Counted from the first letter of the stretch, positions 47,614-57,735 are shown. The stretch: 64,000 nucleotides of DNA from Myxococcota bacterium (GCA_039028615.1 JBCCHT010000007.1:1-64000), one strand, 5' to 3'. A program made the numbers and translations. The notes: a model not told the origin generated them from the letters alone.

Positions 47614-49379
47614 CCACCAAAGCCCGGCATGAATGCGTCGAGATCGGGCTCTTTCTTCTTCTTGGTGCGGGGCGTCGTCGTGGGCCGCGCCTTGGGATTG
47701 CGCTTGGCCTTGGGCTTGCTCGGGCTGTCGTCTTCGATGACGAGGTCGTCGTCCTCGGAGTCGTCGATGACGGCGGCGTCGGCCACCGCCGGATCGGCGG
47801 CAGCGGGATCGACCTCATCGGCCGCGGGCTCGGCCGCGTCGGCGTCGGGCTCGGCCGCATCGGCGTCGGGCTCGGCCGCATCGGCTTCGGCCGGGTCGGC
47901 CTCGGGTTCGGCGGCATCGGCCACGGGCTCGGCCGCCACCGGCTGTGCGGGCTCGGCGGGTGCCTCGGCTTTGGCCGTGCTGGGCGCAGCTGCTCGAGCC
48001 GCGGCAGCCTCCGCCTTCTCGAGCTGAGACGCGGCGGCGTCGGCCTTCGCTTGGGATCCTTCGTCGTCGCTGGCGCCACGCCCACCGAGCCACAAGCCCA
48101 GCACCAGCACCAAGGCGAGCGCCGCGACGGAGCCCAACGCGATGGCCACGCTGCGCAGCGCCTTGCCCCGCGGCTCGGGCTCCAAGATCTTGCTGCCGTC
48201 CCGGCCCGCCGAGGTGCCGATCGACGCCCCGGTCAGCGAAGAGCCGCCCAGGATCTGACTGCCGAAGCTCCCAGTGGCCCCGGTGACCTGCGAGTGTCGC
48301 GAGACGCCCGTGCCCGGAATCGAGGGCTGCGAGCCGACCATGGCGCTGATCTCCGCCAGGGTCGCGGGCGACATCTGCCCCTTGCCGCTGCTGCCCCGCA
48401 GCGCCCCCCAGGGGAAGGGCTGCGGGCGAAACAGGTAGTGCATCAGCTCGCTGAGCGCACTGGGCGTGGCCCGCAGGCGGTGCTCACATACGAAGCGCTC
48501 GAGGTCGACCTGGAGCTCGCGAGCACTCTGGTAGCGCTGGTCGATGTTGACCGTCAGCGCCTTCATGATGATGTGCTCGAGCTGCGGCGGGATGTCGGCA
48601 CGCAGCGTGCTCGGCCGCTTGATCTCGCCGTGCACGATGAGGTTCATGACCCCGAACTCGTTGTCGCCTTCGAAGAGGCGCTCGCCGGTCACCGCCTCCC
48701 ACAGCACGATGCCGAGCGAGAACACGTCGCTGCGGCGATCGATCTTCTCTGCCCGGCACTGCTCGGGCGACATATAGGGCACCTTGCCCTTGCGCGTACC
48801 TGCCCGGGTGACGTCGGTGCGGGTGACCACCTTGGCGATGCCGAAGTCGGCCACCTTGACCCCGCCGTCGTAGGTGATCATCACGTTGGTGGGCGAGACG
48901 TCGCGGTGGACGATGCCCAGCGGGCGCCCGTCGAAGCCCACCCGCTCGTGCGCGCACTGCAGGCCAGCGGCCACACCGAGGCCGATGGTGGCCACGTTCT
49001 CGATGGAGAGCACCTGCTCGACCTTGCGCAGCGCCTTGAGCAGGCCCTGGAGGTTCTCGCCGTAGACGAACTCCATCGTGAAGAAGTACTCGCCCTCCTC
49101 TTTGCCCAGATCGAAGACCTGGACGATGTTCGGATGGTCGAGCAGCGCGGCCAGCCGCGCCTCCTCGAGGAACATCTTGACGAAGTGCTCGTCCGCCGAA
49201 AGGTGCGGCAGAATCTGCTTGAGGACGACGAGCTTCTGGAAGCCTTCGATGCCGTTGGCCCGCGCGAGGTGCACGTAGGCCATACCGCCAGAGCCTAGCC
49301 GCCGCAGCAGGTCATAGCCCCCCAACGTATCGGTCACCACCATGTCGGGGGCGACTTCAACGACTTCCGGTTCAGGCAT
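47610..49379 (-). CDS. Membrane serine/threonine protein kinase
   Basis: LGSGGMAYV, VVLKQI, HRDVSPTN, DFGIAK, YMSPEQ, DVFSLG; TM then Ala/Glu/Pro repeats. Confidence 0.95.
   Translation of the reverse strand: MPEPEVVEVAPDMVVTDTLGGYDLLRRLGSGGMAYVHLARANGIEGFQKLVVLKQILPHLSADEHFVKMFLEEARLAALLDHPNIVQVFDLGKEEGEYFFTMEFVYGENLQGLLKALRKVEQVLSIENVATIGLGVAAGLQCAHERVGFDGRPLGIVHRDVSPTNVMITYDGGVKVADFGIAKVVTRTDVTRAGTRKGKVPYMSPEQCRAEKIDRRSDVFSLGIVLWEAVTGERLFEGDNEFGVMNLIVHGEIKRPSTLRADIPPQLEHIIMKALTVNIDQRYQSARELQVDLERFVCEHRLRATPSALSELMHYLFRPQPFPWGALRGSSGKGQMSPATLAEISAMVGSQPSIPGTGVSRHSQVTGATGSFGSQILGGSSLTGASIGTSAGRDGSKILEPEPRGKALRSVAIALGSVAALALVLVLGLWLGGRGASDDEGSQAKADAAASQLEKAEAAAARAAAPSTAKAEAPAEPAQPVAAEPVADAAEPEADPAEADAAEPDADAAEPDADAAEPAADEVDPAAADPAVADAAVIDDSEDDDLVIEDDSPSKPKAKRNPKARPTTTPRTKKKKEPDLDAFMPGFGG
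47820..47925. repeat. 21-bp coding tandem repeats (DAAEPDA) in the kinase C-terminus
   Basis: Repeated CGGGCTCGGCCGC[AG]TCGGCGT units. Confidence 0.75.
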
Positions 49380-49725
49380 CGTCCGACAATCCTATCGTGG
49401 GGTCGAGCGCGGCGACAAGGAAGTACGGCGCGCAAACCGAGTCGCAGGCGGTGATCGACGCCACGCTCGGCGATCTCTCGGCCCGCGGTCACCGACGTTG
49501 GGAATGGGTCCTTTGCCGCGAACGCAGGCTCCAGACCGAGCCAGTCGGGGGCCTGTGTACCCAACACGAGCGCGAGATCGATCGTCGGTGACATCGGTGC
49601 GACCGCAACGAAACGGGCCATACGCGAATGCCGGCCGAGTCTGGGCCGAGACGCGGACACGCGGCGGGCTGCAGTCGTGGCCGTACGCTGTGTTAGGCTG
49701 CCGCTCTACGCTTGGTGCATTTACC

Positions 49726-51315
49726 ATGAGCCGATCGACATCGGTGCCCACGACCCCGAGGCTTCAACCCCACCATGCACGCCGCTACGCGGCTCTGGCG
49801 GTTGTTTTCACGACTTCTGCCGCATTGTCGGCATGCCTGAACTTCAGCCCCTTCGGCTGCCAAGACGACACGGAGTGTGACTCCGAGGCGGAAGGGCGCT
49901 GCGAGGCGGTCGGGTATTGCAGCTATCCCGACACCTCGTGCGAGACCGGCTATCGCTTCGAATCCAATGCCGGAGACGGCGTGGGCGGCGAATGCGTATC
50001 GCTGGGGGGCAGCGGCACCGACCTGTCCAGCACGGGCAGCGACGACGTCGACGACCTCGACACCAACGACGATTCCACCGGCTCCACCACGGGCGACCCG
50101 TCGGCCACGAGCACGGACACCGAAGACGACGACACCACCACCGGAGGCGTGTGCGGAGGCGCAGGCGAAGAGTGCTGCGACGGCACCACCTGCGACGCCG
50201 GCCTCGCGTGCAACGAAGGCCTGTGCGGCTGCGTCACCGCCGTCTCGGTCGGCGATCGTCACAGCTGCGCAACGAAGCTCGACGGCAGCCTGTGGTGCTG
50301 GGGCGCCAACGACCTCGGCCAGATCGCCTCCGGCCTGCCCGAGATGTCGACCACCCCGGTCGAGGTCCCCGGCTTCGGTCCGGGCGCCGAGGCGCAGGCC
50401 GTCTCGGCGCGCAACCATACCTGTGCCATTCGCACCGGGGACATCGCCTCGTGCTGGGGCGACAACGGCAGCAACCAGGTCGACTTCGGCGCCGCGATCC
50501 CCTTCATCACCACGCCCACCGATGCCACCTGGGCCGCCCCCGCGATCCGCATCGGTGCCGGCGGCGGGCATACCTGCGTCGCGCGTACCGGTCTTCCCGC
50601 GATCTGCTGGGGGGACAACGCGCTGGGCCAAATCTCGGGCAAGGGCATGCCGGGGCGCAACAACGTCACGCTGCCCATGGGCTTCGAGCCCTCCGCCGTC
50701 GCGCTGGGTGACTCGCATAGCTGTGTCGCCGCGCTCACCGGCGAGCTGGTCTGCTGGGGCAACAACGGCGCGGGCCAGCTCGGCCTCGATCCGGCCGTGA
50801 CCCCGTCGACCGCTACCCCGAACGTCATCTCGATCACGCCCATCGGCGACGTGGTGGCGGGCTTCCAGCACACCTGTGCGCGGGCGGGCTCCGACGTGCT
50901 GTGCTGGGGTCGCAACGACCAAGGCCAGGTCGGCAACGGCACCCAGACGGACACCTTCACGCCGACGCCGGTCGTCTTCCCGCCGGGCACCGCCGCCATC
51001 ACCTCGGTGGTCGCAGGCGCGGACCAGACCTGTGCGATCACGGCCAACGGTGATCTGTTCTGCTGGGGCGGCAACCAAAACGACGAGCTGCTGCTGCCCA
51101 CCAACGAGATGGGCATCGACGCGTTCTCGCTGACCCCGGTCCGCATCGACCTCGACTTCGCGGTGGATCAGTTCGCCACCGGGCTGACCCACAGCTGTGC
51201 CCTGACCACCGCCGGCCAGGCGCTGTGCTGGGGCGAAAACGACGATGGCGAGCTCGGCGACGGCACCACCACCGATGCTGGCGCCCCCACCCCCGTTTCG
51301 ATCAGCTGCCCCTGA
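49726..51315 (+). CDS. RCC1-repeat beta-propeller lipoprotein
   Basis: Lipobox LSAC; Cys-rich N-terminus; seven HSCA...G.L.CWG.N..GQ repeats. Confidence 0.9.
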   Translation: MSRSTSVPTTPRLQPHHARRYAALAVVFTTSAALSACLNFSPFGCQDDTECDSEAEGRCEAVGYCSYPDTSCETGYRFESNAGDGVGGECVSLGGSGTDLSSTGSDDVDDLDTNDDSTGSTTGDPSATSTDTEDDDTTTGGVCGGAGEECCDGTTCDAGLACNEGLCGCVTAVSVGDRHSCATKLDGSLWCWGANDLGQIASGLPEMSTTPVEVPGFGPGAEAQAVSARNHTCAIRTGDIASCWGDNGSNQVDFGAAIPFITTPTDATWAAPAIRIGAGGGHTCVARTGLPAICWGDNALGQISGKGMPGRNNVTLPMGFEPSAVALGDSHSCVAALTGELVCWGNNGAGQLGLDPAVTPSTATPNVISITPIGDVVAGFQHTCARAGSDVLCWGRNDQGQVGNGTQTDTFTPTPVVFPPGTAAITSVVAGADQTCAITANGDLFCWGGNQNDELLLPTNEMGIDAFSLTPVRIDLDFAVDQFATGLTHSCALTTAGQALCWGENDDGELGDGTTTDAGAPTPVSISCP

Positions 51316-51325
51316 GGAGGGTCCC

Positions 51326-52750
51326 ATGATGCGCTCGCGCTTCGATTCCCGTCTCGCGGTGGCCCTCGGCGGCCTGACCTGCTCGCTCGTTGCCTTCGCC
51401 TGCGGCGACGACGGTGGCGGCGGCAACGACTCCGTCGCCAGCACGGGCGTCGCCACCAGCACCACCGGTGACGACACGGCCACCCCGGGAACGGACGCCC
51501 CCACGCCGATGACCGGCGACGAGCTCGGCTGCCCCGAAGGCACGCTCGACTGCCCCTGCACCGACGGCAACGCCTGCGACCCCGGCCTGGTCTGCGACGG
51601 CAGCACCTGCGTGCCCGAACCAGGCGACGACACCACGTCCACCACCGGGGACACCGAGGGCACCGACGACGAGACGGGGGACCTGCCCGCCGCCTGCGGC
51701 AACGGAATCGCCGAGCCCGGCGAGCTGTGCTACGGCGACGTGTCGTTCTTCGGTGGGCCCACGCAGGCCATGTTCGCGACCTTTGCCGATCTCGATGGAG
51801 ACGAGCACCTCGATCTGCTGATCGCCGCGACCCAGGACGATGAGCTCCTCGTGCGACTCGGCGACGGCACGGGCGACCTCGGCCCCGCCAGCAGCTTCCC
51901 GGCCGGCCAGAGCCCCATCGCGCTGGGCGTCGGCTTGTTCGACGACAACGAGGTCCTCGACGTGGTCGTGGCGCAAAACCAGGGCAACGCGATCGCGGTG
52001 CTCATCGGTGACGGCGCGGGCTCCCTCGCGCCGCCGCTCGAGTTCACCGTGGGCACCGGGCCCACCGCGCTGACGGTCACCGACTTCAACGACGACGACT
52101 CGCCCGACGTCCTCGTGACCAGCGGCGGCAACAACACCGTCACCTACCTCGAGGGCACCGGCTTCGGGTTCGCGCCCGGCATCCCCTTCGGCGTGGGAAG
52201 CAACCCCAGCGACCTGTTCGTCGGGCGACTCACCGACGACGCCAACCTCGACGTGGTCGTCACCAACCGCAACTCGAACACCATCGGCCTGCTGCTCGGC
52301 ACCGGGCTCGCCCAGCTCGGGTCGCAGACCACCATCAACACCGGGGTCACGCCGTCCTCGCTCGAAGTCGCCGACTTCAATGGCGACGACAACCTCGACA
52401 TCGTCACCGCCAACCTGGCCACCGACGATCTCCGGCTGCGCTACGGCGACGGCACGGGTGGTTTCGGCGGCGACATCCCGTTCCCCGTGGCGGCCGATCC
52501 GCACGCCCTGCACGCGGCCGACTTCGACGGTGACGGCAACACCGACCTGGCCATGGCCAACGCGGGCGCCGATCGGGTGACGGTGATGCTGGGGACCGGG
52601 GACGGTTTGTTCGAACCCGCTCAGGAATTCCCGGTCGGCGATCTGCCTCAGGCCATCGCCGTCGGTGACCTCAACGAGGACGGAATCCTCGACATCGTGG
52701 CGGTCGACGGCGCGGACTCGACGCTCGCGGTGCTGCTCTCGGATGCCTAG
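51326..52750 (+). CDS. FG-GAP/VCBS repeat lipoprotein (paralogue of 36835-38235)
   Basis: GGAGG SD; lipobox AFAC; repeats DLDGDEHLD, DFNGDDNLD, DFDGDGNTD, DLNEDGILD. Confidence 0.88.
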   Translation: MMRSRFDSRLAVALGGLTCSLVAFACGDDGGGGNDSVASTGVATSTTGDDTATPGTDAPTPMTGDELGCPEGTLDCPCTDGNACDPGLVCDGSTCVPEPGDDTTSTTGDTEGTDDETGDLPAACGNGIAEPGELCYGDVSFFGGPTQAMFATFADLDGDEHLDLLIAATQDDELLVRLGDGTGDLGPASSFPAGQSPIALGVGLFDDNEVLDVVVAQNQGNAIAVLIGDGAGSLAPPLEFTVGTGPTALTVTDFNDDDSPDVLVTSGGNNTVTYLEGTGFGFAPGIPFGVGSNPSDLFVGRLTDDANLDVVVTNRNSNTIGLLLGTGLAQLGSQTTINTGVTPSSLEVADFNGDDNLDIVTANLATDDLRLRYGDGTGGFGGDIPFPVAADPHALHAADFDGDGNTDLAMANAGADRVTVMLGTGDGLFEPAQEFPVGDLPQAIAVGDLNEDGILDIVAVDGADSTLAVLLSDA

Positions 52751-52860
52751 AACGGCGTTTATTCGCCGTTTCAAACGACTATCGACGGAAACGACGGCGG
52801 GTGTAAGGACCGCGGGGGTCGGCGACGTTCGGAGGATGCTCGCACGGGAGACCCACCGCC

Positions 52861-53874
52861 ATGCACCTGCCCTCGCTGTTTCGTTTCCTCGCCCTGCTGC
52901 TGTTGTTGATGCCGCTGGCCTCGCTCGGCTGCAAGGCCAAGAGCAGCCCGACCTCCCCGCCCGGTTACGGCTATGAGACGGAGCGCTCGGTCGACACGGT
53001 CAGCTCCGATCGCCTCGCCACCCGCGGTGATAGCCGCGACTCGCACGACTACGAGTACGACTACGGCGATGCCGCAGGAGCCTATCCCGCCGAGGCGCCC
53101 GAGACCGAGTCGACCGCGGCCTACGACTACGACGACGGCCCCGCCCTCTCCAGCGAGAGCACCCGGACCCGCGCCCGCAAGCGGACGTCCAACCGACAGA
53201 CCCGGACCGCGCGTCGCCATCGCCCCGGCCTGGGCACGAGCTACGGCGAGCGTCACCACAGCCGAGTGACCACCGCCCCCTTCGTGCGCGGCTCGACGTC
53301 CCCCGACGTCACCTTGGCGCTCTGGTACAACAACGCCGACGGCATCGCCCAGGCGCAGGGCAACCACGGCTACCACCTCGATCAGCTCTCGCGCAGCTCG
53401 ACCACCGACGGGGTCTTCGTCGCCTCGGTGGTCGACGAGTACGGCTACTCGATGTCCGCCGCGCAGGTCGGCGGCCAGCGCTACGTGCTCGGCGAGGAAG
53501 GCCAGCGCTACAAGCTTCAGATCACCAACAACAGCGGCTACCGCTACGAGGTGGTCGCCTCGGTCGACGGGCTCGACGTCATCGACGGACAGACGGCCAG
53601 CTTCAACAAGCGCGGCTACATCATCGAGCCCTGGGGCACGATCACCATCGACGGCTGGCGCACCAGCGACAGCAGCATCGCCGCGTTCCGCTTCAGCGGC
53701 ATGGAGGACAGCTACGCCGAGCGCAAGGGTCAGGGCCGCAACATCGGCGTGGTCGGCTTCGCCTTCTTCCACGAGCGAGGAGGGGTTCCCTGGCAGGAGC
53801 TCCAGCGCCGCCACGACGCCGACCCCTTCCCCGGTCGCTACGCCGAGCCCCCGCCCCGCCGTCGCTGGCGATAG
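52861..53874 (+). CDS. Conserved hypothetical lipoprotein
   Basis: Lipobox SLGC; GLGTSYGE; GQRYKLQITN...YEVVASVDGLDVIDG...KRGY...DGWRTS...FRF...RNIGVVG. Confidence 0.8.
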   Translation: MHLPSLFRFLALLLLLMPLASLGCKAKSSPTSPPGYGYETERSVDTVSSDRLATRGDSRDSHDYEYDYGDAAGAYPAEAPETESTAAYDYDDGPALSSESTRTRARKRTSNRQTRTARRHRPGLGTSYGERHHSRVTTAPFVRGSTSPDVTLALWYNNADGIAQAQGNHGYHLDQLSRSSTTDGVFVASVVDEYGYSMSAAQVGGQRYVLGEEGQRYKLQITNNSGYRYEVVASVDGLDVIDGQTASFNKRGYIIEPWGTITIDGWRTSDSSIAAFRFSGMEDSYAERKGQGRNIGVVGFAFFHERGGVPWQELQRRHDADPFPGRYAEPPPRRRWR

Positions 53875-53962
53875 GCCCGGCCAAAGCGGCCTCCCGCCGA
53901 GCTATTTTCGAGCGCGCCACTCCTCCGGGTGGCGCGCTCGTCATTGGGGTACCCTCCAGCCC

Positions 53963-54352
53963 GTGCCGAAGTCCGAGGCAAGCACCCGTGGTGTCCGCGT
54001 CGAGGTTCAGTCCCGCTACGTACCCGAGCGCTCGAATCCCGAGAAGAACGCTTGGTTCTTCGCCTACACGGTGCGGGTCACCAACGACGGGGACGTCACC
54101 GTCCAGCTCCTGAGCCGTCACTGGATCATCACCAACGCCGACGGCAACGTCGAAGAGGTGCGCGGCCCGGGGGTCATCGGGGCGCAGCCCGTGCTCGAGC
54201 CGGGCGAGTCCTTCGAGTACACCTCGGCCTGTCCGCTGCCGACCGCGTTCGGCACGATGCACGGCACCTATCAGATGCGCACCGAGTCCGACGATCGCTT
54301 CGATGCCGAGATCGCGCCCTTCGGTCTCAGCATGCCGTACGCGGTAAACTGA
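53963..54352 (+). CDS. apaG: ApaG protein
   Basis: FAYTVRVTN.G..TVQLLSRHWIITNADG..EEVRGPGVIGAQPVLEPGESFEYTS.CPL.T..GTMHGTY. Confidence 0.95.
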   Translation: MPKSEASTRGVRVEVQSRYVPERSNPEKNAWFFAYTVRVTNDGDVTVQLLSRHWIITNADGNVEEVRGPGVIGAQPVLEPGESFEYTSACPLPTAFGTMHGTYQMRTESDDRFDAEIAPFGLSMPYAVN

Positions 54353-54600
54353 GCCGCGCCTCCCGAAGCCTCGGGGCGGGGAAAAGCGTTTCGCGCACGC
54401 TACGGCTGCCGCGGGAAGAGCAAACGCGGTGGTGGTCGCGTGAGGAGGAGCCGAGCGGCTTTCACGTGCGCGACCCCAACCGTGGCAGGACGCTTCGAGC
54501 CGAGTCAAAAAAACGGCGTCCTCTCGCGACACCGTGCGAGGCCGGGAGCGATACCGAGCGAAGTCGTCCCGACCCGGTCCGCATCGCGGGGCGGGCCAGG

Positions 54601-56331
54601 CTAGCTGTCGTCGGAGGCCGACCCGTCGCCGGGTTCGTTGGCGGCGACCGCTTCGTTGGCCGCCGTCGCTTCGTTGGCCGCCGTCGCCTCGTTGGCCGCC
54701 GTCGCCTCGTCGCCGACCGGAGCCTGCGTCACGGCTTCCGTCTCGGTGGATCCAGCGTCACTGGCCGCCACGGGCTCCGAAGACTCGGCCGAGTTCGCGT
54801 CCCCGTCGCTCGGAGCCTGTGTCGCCGCGTCTGCGGTGGCTTCGGTCGAGTTCGCGTCCCCTTCGCTCGGAGCCTGCGTCACCGCGTCCGCGGTGGCTTC
54901 CGTCGCGCTCGCGTCCCCTTCGCTCGGAGCCTGCTTCGCCGCGTCCCCGTCCGCGGCCTTCGTCTCGGCGCGGGGCGGGGCTCCTCGTTCGCCGCGGCAA
55001 CGATCACACATGCGATCGACGGGCAGCGGGTCTCGAGTCGACGCCGCGACCTTGGTCACCCCGTCGCGATAAAACCACACGCCGTCACACAGCGGCACGA
55101 CACACGGCATGACCTCGGTGCCGTCGGGCGCGACCTGCTGCCCGTCGAGCATCCCGCCCTTGCCACACTCTTCGCACAGCCGGATCGGATCTTGGCGGCG
55201 TCCGGCCAAGAAATCCTGGAGCTGGGCGCCGGTCTTGTAGATCCAGCCCTGCTTACAGCCGGGACGACCGCAGGCGACATCCCGATCGGGATGACTGCGG
55301 CAGAAGTCCCGACACACCTCGCACATGCGACGAGGCAGCGAGCCCTCGGCGGCCATGTCGTCGGTCTTCAGGCGTGCCCAGGCGCGCAGCTGCGAGTCAC
55401 GGTCGACGACCGCATTGCGGCTGCACCCGTGCACCTTGCACGGCACTTCTCGCGGCTGCAGCTTGGAGAGCTTGTCGTGGCACCGATCGCACATCCGCGG
55501 CGGGGGCTCGTTGATGTCCGGCCGAGACCGCCGACCCCGACGACGTCGACGCTTGCCGCCCGACTTGTCGTCGCGGCCCCCTCGATCGCCCTCTTCGATG
55601 GCTTTGCGAGCCCACGCGCGATGCTTGAGCTGGGCCTCCTGCGTCCACGACCAGGTCCGGGCACAGCCCTCGACCCGGCACGCCACGTCACGGTTGGCCA
55701 GCTGCCGCTCCTCGGAGATGCACTGGGGGCAGACCTTGCGCGGCGGCTGGGCCGAGCCGGTGCGCAGCATCGCCTTGTTCTGTGCATTCTTCGACCAGGT
55801 CCAGGTCCGCTCGCACCCTGGGTTGGCACAGGCCACTTCGCGATCCCCCAGGTTTGCCGATGCGGCCTGGTGCTCGTTGCACATGCGGCGCGGCGGCGGC
55901 TTGCCGAAGGCCTGCATCTGTTCCTGCGCCGTCCAGGCCCAGGTGTTGGGGCAGCCGTCGATCTTGCAGGGGACCTGGCGCTCGTCGATGTGGCTGAACA
56001 GCCCGGTGGCCAGGGTCTGCCAGGCGGCATCGCCCGAACCCGAGCCGGAGCTGCGGCCTCCGCCGGACCCCCGGTTTTGGCCCTGGCCTTGGCCCTGGCC
56101 TTGGCCCTGGCGCGGCCCATTGCCGCCGGAATTGGGGGCTGCAGTGGCCGTCGCCCCCTCCCCTTGCTTCTTGCGGCCCCGTCGACGACGCCTTCGTTTG
56201 CGCGGCGCACCGGGTTGTTCGGAGCCCTGGGCCTGGCTCGCAGTGTCCGTCGTTGCGGTGCTCTCGCCCGCGGCGCCGTCCTTCGGAGGCTCCGTCTCGG
56301 GCTGCTGCTCGTTGTTCGGCTCGCCGTCCAC
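54601..56331 (-). CDS. Protein with six zinc-ribbon repeats (zf-trcl-like), Arg-rich tracts and acidic repetitive tail
   Basis: Six Cx4C...Cx2[CH] units; KRRRRRRGR twice; likely GTG start at 56331. Confidence 0.78.
   Translation of the reverse strand: MDGEPNNEQQPETEPPKDGAAGESTATTDTASQAQGSEQPGAPRKRRRRRRGRKKQGEGATATAAPNSGGNGPRQGQGQGQGQGQNRGSGGGRSSGSGSGDAAWQTLATGLFSHIDERQVPCKIDGCPNTWAWTAQEQMQAFGKPPPRRMCNEHQAASANLGDREVACANPGCERTWTWSKNAQNKAMLRTGSAQPPRKVCPQCISEERQLANRDVACRVEGCARTWSWTQEAQLKHRAWARKAIEEGDRGGRDDKSGGKRRRRRGRRSRPDINEPPPRMCDRCHDKLSKLQPREVPCKVHGCSRNAVVDRDSQLRAWARLKTDDMAAEGSLPRRMCEVCRDFCRSHPDRDVACGRPGCKQGWIYKTGAQLQDFLAGRRQDPIRLCEECGKGGMLDGQQVAPDGTEVMPCVVPLCDGVWFYRDGVTKVAASTRDPLPVDRMCDRCRGERGAPPRAETKAADGDAAKQAPSEGDASATEATADAVTQAPSEGDANSTEATADAATQAPSDGDANSAESSEPVAASDAGSTETEAVTQAPVGDEATAANEATAANEATAANEAVAANEPGDGSASDDS
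54635..54950. repeat. Coding tandem repeats: 18-bp (ATAANE) x~4 and ~57-bp (TQAPSEGDANSTEATADAA) x~3
   Basis: GCCGCCGTCGCCTCGTTG units at ~54635-54710; TCGCGTCCCC[GT]TCGCTCGGAGCCTG units at ~54795, 54852, 54909. Confidence 0.8.
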
Positions 56332-56547
56332 GCGTTGATCTTCCGGGCAATTCGGCCGCGACGAAGCGCGGGCCGGCTCACCGGCGGGGAAGTATCCCCC
56401 TGGGTTTTGGCGGCGTAAAGGGGCGCCCGGCGGCCCTTTCACGCCGACCTGCCCGATCGACCGGCTAGGTTTCACCCTTTTCGCCGCTCGACGTACAAAA
56501 ACGTCACGAGCGCCGCGAACCGCGACGCCCTATACTCGGCTTCGTCC

Positions 56548-56802
56548 ATGTTCAGCATCCTCGTCGGAGCCGCCGTTGCTGGCGGCACTTACCTCTACGC
56601 CAAGAAGAAGAAGGCCAGCACTGGCCAATCGGTGGCCGTCGCCACGGCTTCGGGCGTAGCGTCGGGCGCAGCCACCGCGGCGACGTTGTTCGTCATGTCC
56701 GCCCTGTGGCCCCTCGTCCTCATCGGGGGCGTGGCCGGCGGCGCGTACTACATGGGCAAGAAGAAGTCTCCCAAGGCCCTGCCCCCCTCATCGAGCGGCT
56801 GA
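56548..56802 (+). CDS. Small Gly/Ala-rich membrane protein
   Basis: 84 aa; hydrophobic segments ending GGTYLYAKKKK and GGAYYMGKKK; strong GC3 bias. Confidence 0.7.
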   Translation: MFSILVGAAVAGGTYLYAKKKKASTGQSVAVATASGVASGAATAATLFVMSALWPLVLIGGVAGGAYYMGKKKSPKALPPSSSG

Positions 56803-56913
56803 GCCCTTCACCGAGTTTCTTTCGCATCTCGTGTCCATGCCGTGCGAGCCGTGCTCGCCCCGCACCGGACACGCTCTTTCTTTGGTTCTCGCGCGAACGC
56901 GTCGGCGCGCCGC

Positions 56914-57735
56914 TCAGGCGATCTGCGTGACGTAGTAGTAGACGACCGGCGTCACGTAGACCATGGCGTCGATGCGATCGAGCATTCCGCCGTGGCCCGG
57001 CAGGAGGTTGCTCGAGTCCTTGACCCCGTAGGTCCGCTTGAGCATCGACTCCACCAGGTCGCCCGCTTGCCCGCAGATGTTGCCCACGATGCCGAGCGCC
57101 AGCGCGTGCCCGATGCTCAGCTCGGGCACCAGCCACAGCCCAGCGAGCACGGTGGTGGCGAGCAACGAGCCGAGCACCCCGCCCACGGCCCCTTCGCGCG
57201 TCTTGCCGGGGCTCACCGCGGGGTAGAGCTTGTTCTTCCCGAACAGCCGCCCAAAGATGTACGCGACCGTGTCGGAGAAGAAGGCCATGGCCAGCGAGAC
57301 CACGATCCAGTGCTCGTGCCCGCCCTTCTTCAAGAGGGGCAGCGCCGACATCAGCAGCGGCACGTAGACCAGCGCCGAGATGCACACCGAAAAGTGGCGA
57401 CCGGCGACGGGCAGGTGCTTGGGCCGCCCGAGGGTGGCGAACCCGATGGCGATGGCCGAGCCCATGAGCAAGGGCGGCAAGGCGACGCCGGGGCTGAACA
57501 CCGTGGGCAGCACCACGATGGCCACCGCCAGCGCCCCCGTCACCACGCGCAGCAGCATGCCGTCGTCCTCCGACGACACCGGCAGGGCCATGCGCAGATA
57601 CTCGTCCTGACTCACCCAGGCGACCGCCGCCGCGGCGATGGTCACCGCCCACGGGGTGGGATCGAAGTAGATCGCAGCGAGGACGATCGGGACCAGGATC
57701 GCAGCCGTACCGAGCCGCTTGAGGAAATCACCCAC
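56914..57735 (-). CDS. cdsA: Phosphatidate cytidylyltransferase
   Basis: SDTVAYIFG..FGK.KL.P.VSPGKT.EG, GDLVESMLKR..GVKDSSNLLPGHGGMLDRID. Confidence 0.95.
   Translation of the reverse strand: MGDFLKRLGTAAILVPIVLAAIYFDPTPWAVTIAAAAVAWVSQDEYLRMALPVSSEDDGMLLRVVTGALAVAIVVLPTVFSPGVALPPLLMGSAIAIGFATLGRPKHLPVAGRHFSVCISALVYVPLLMSALPLLKKGGHEHWIVVSLAMAFFSDTVAYIFGRLFGKNKLYPAVSPGKTREGAVGGVLGSLLATTVLAGLWLVPELSIGHALALGIVGNICGQAGDLVESMLKRTYGVKDSSNLLPGHGGMLDRIDAMVYVTPVVYYYVTQIA

Noticed and set aside
54352..54600. Possible structured ncRNA between apaG and the zinc-ribbon gene
   Set aside because: Only short GC hairpins, expected by chance at this GC content; no recognisable family
54635..54950. Regularly spaced repeats resembling a CRISPR array
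   Set aside because: In-frame low-complexity coding repeats with similar, not unique, spacers; no cas genes
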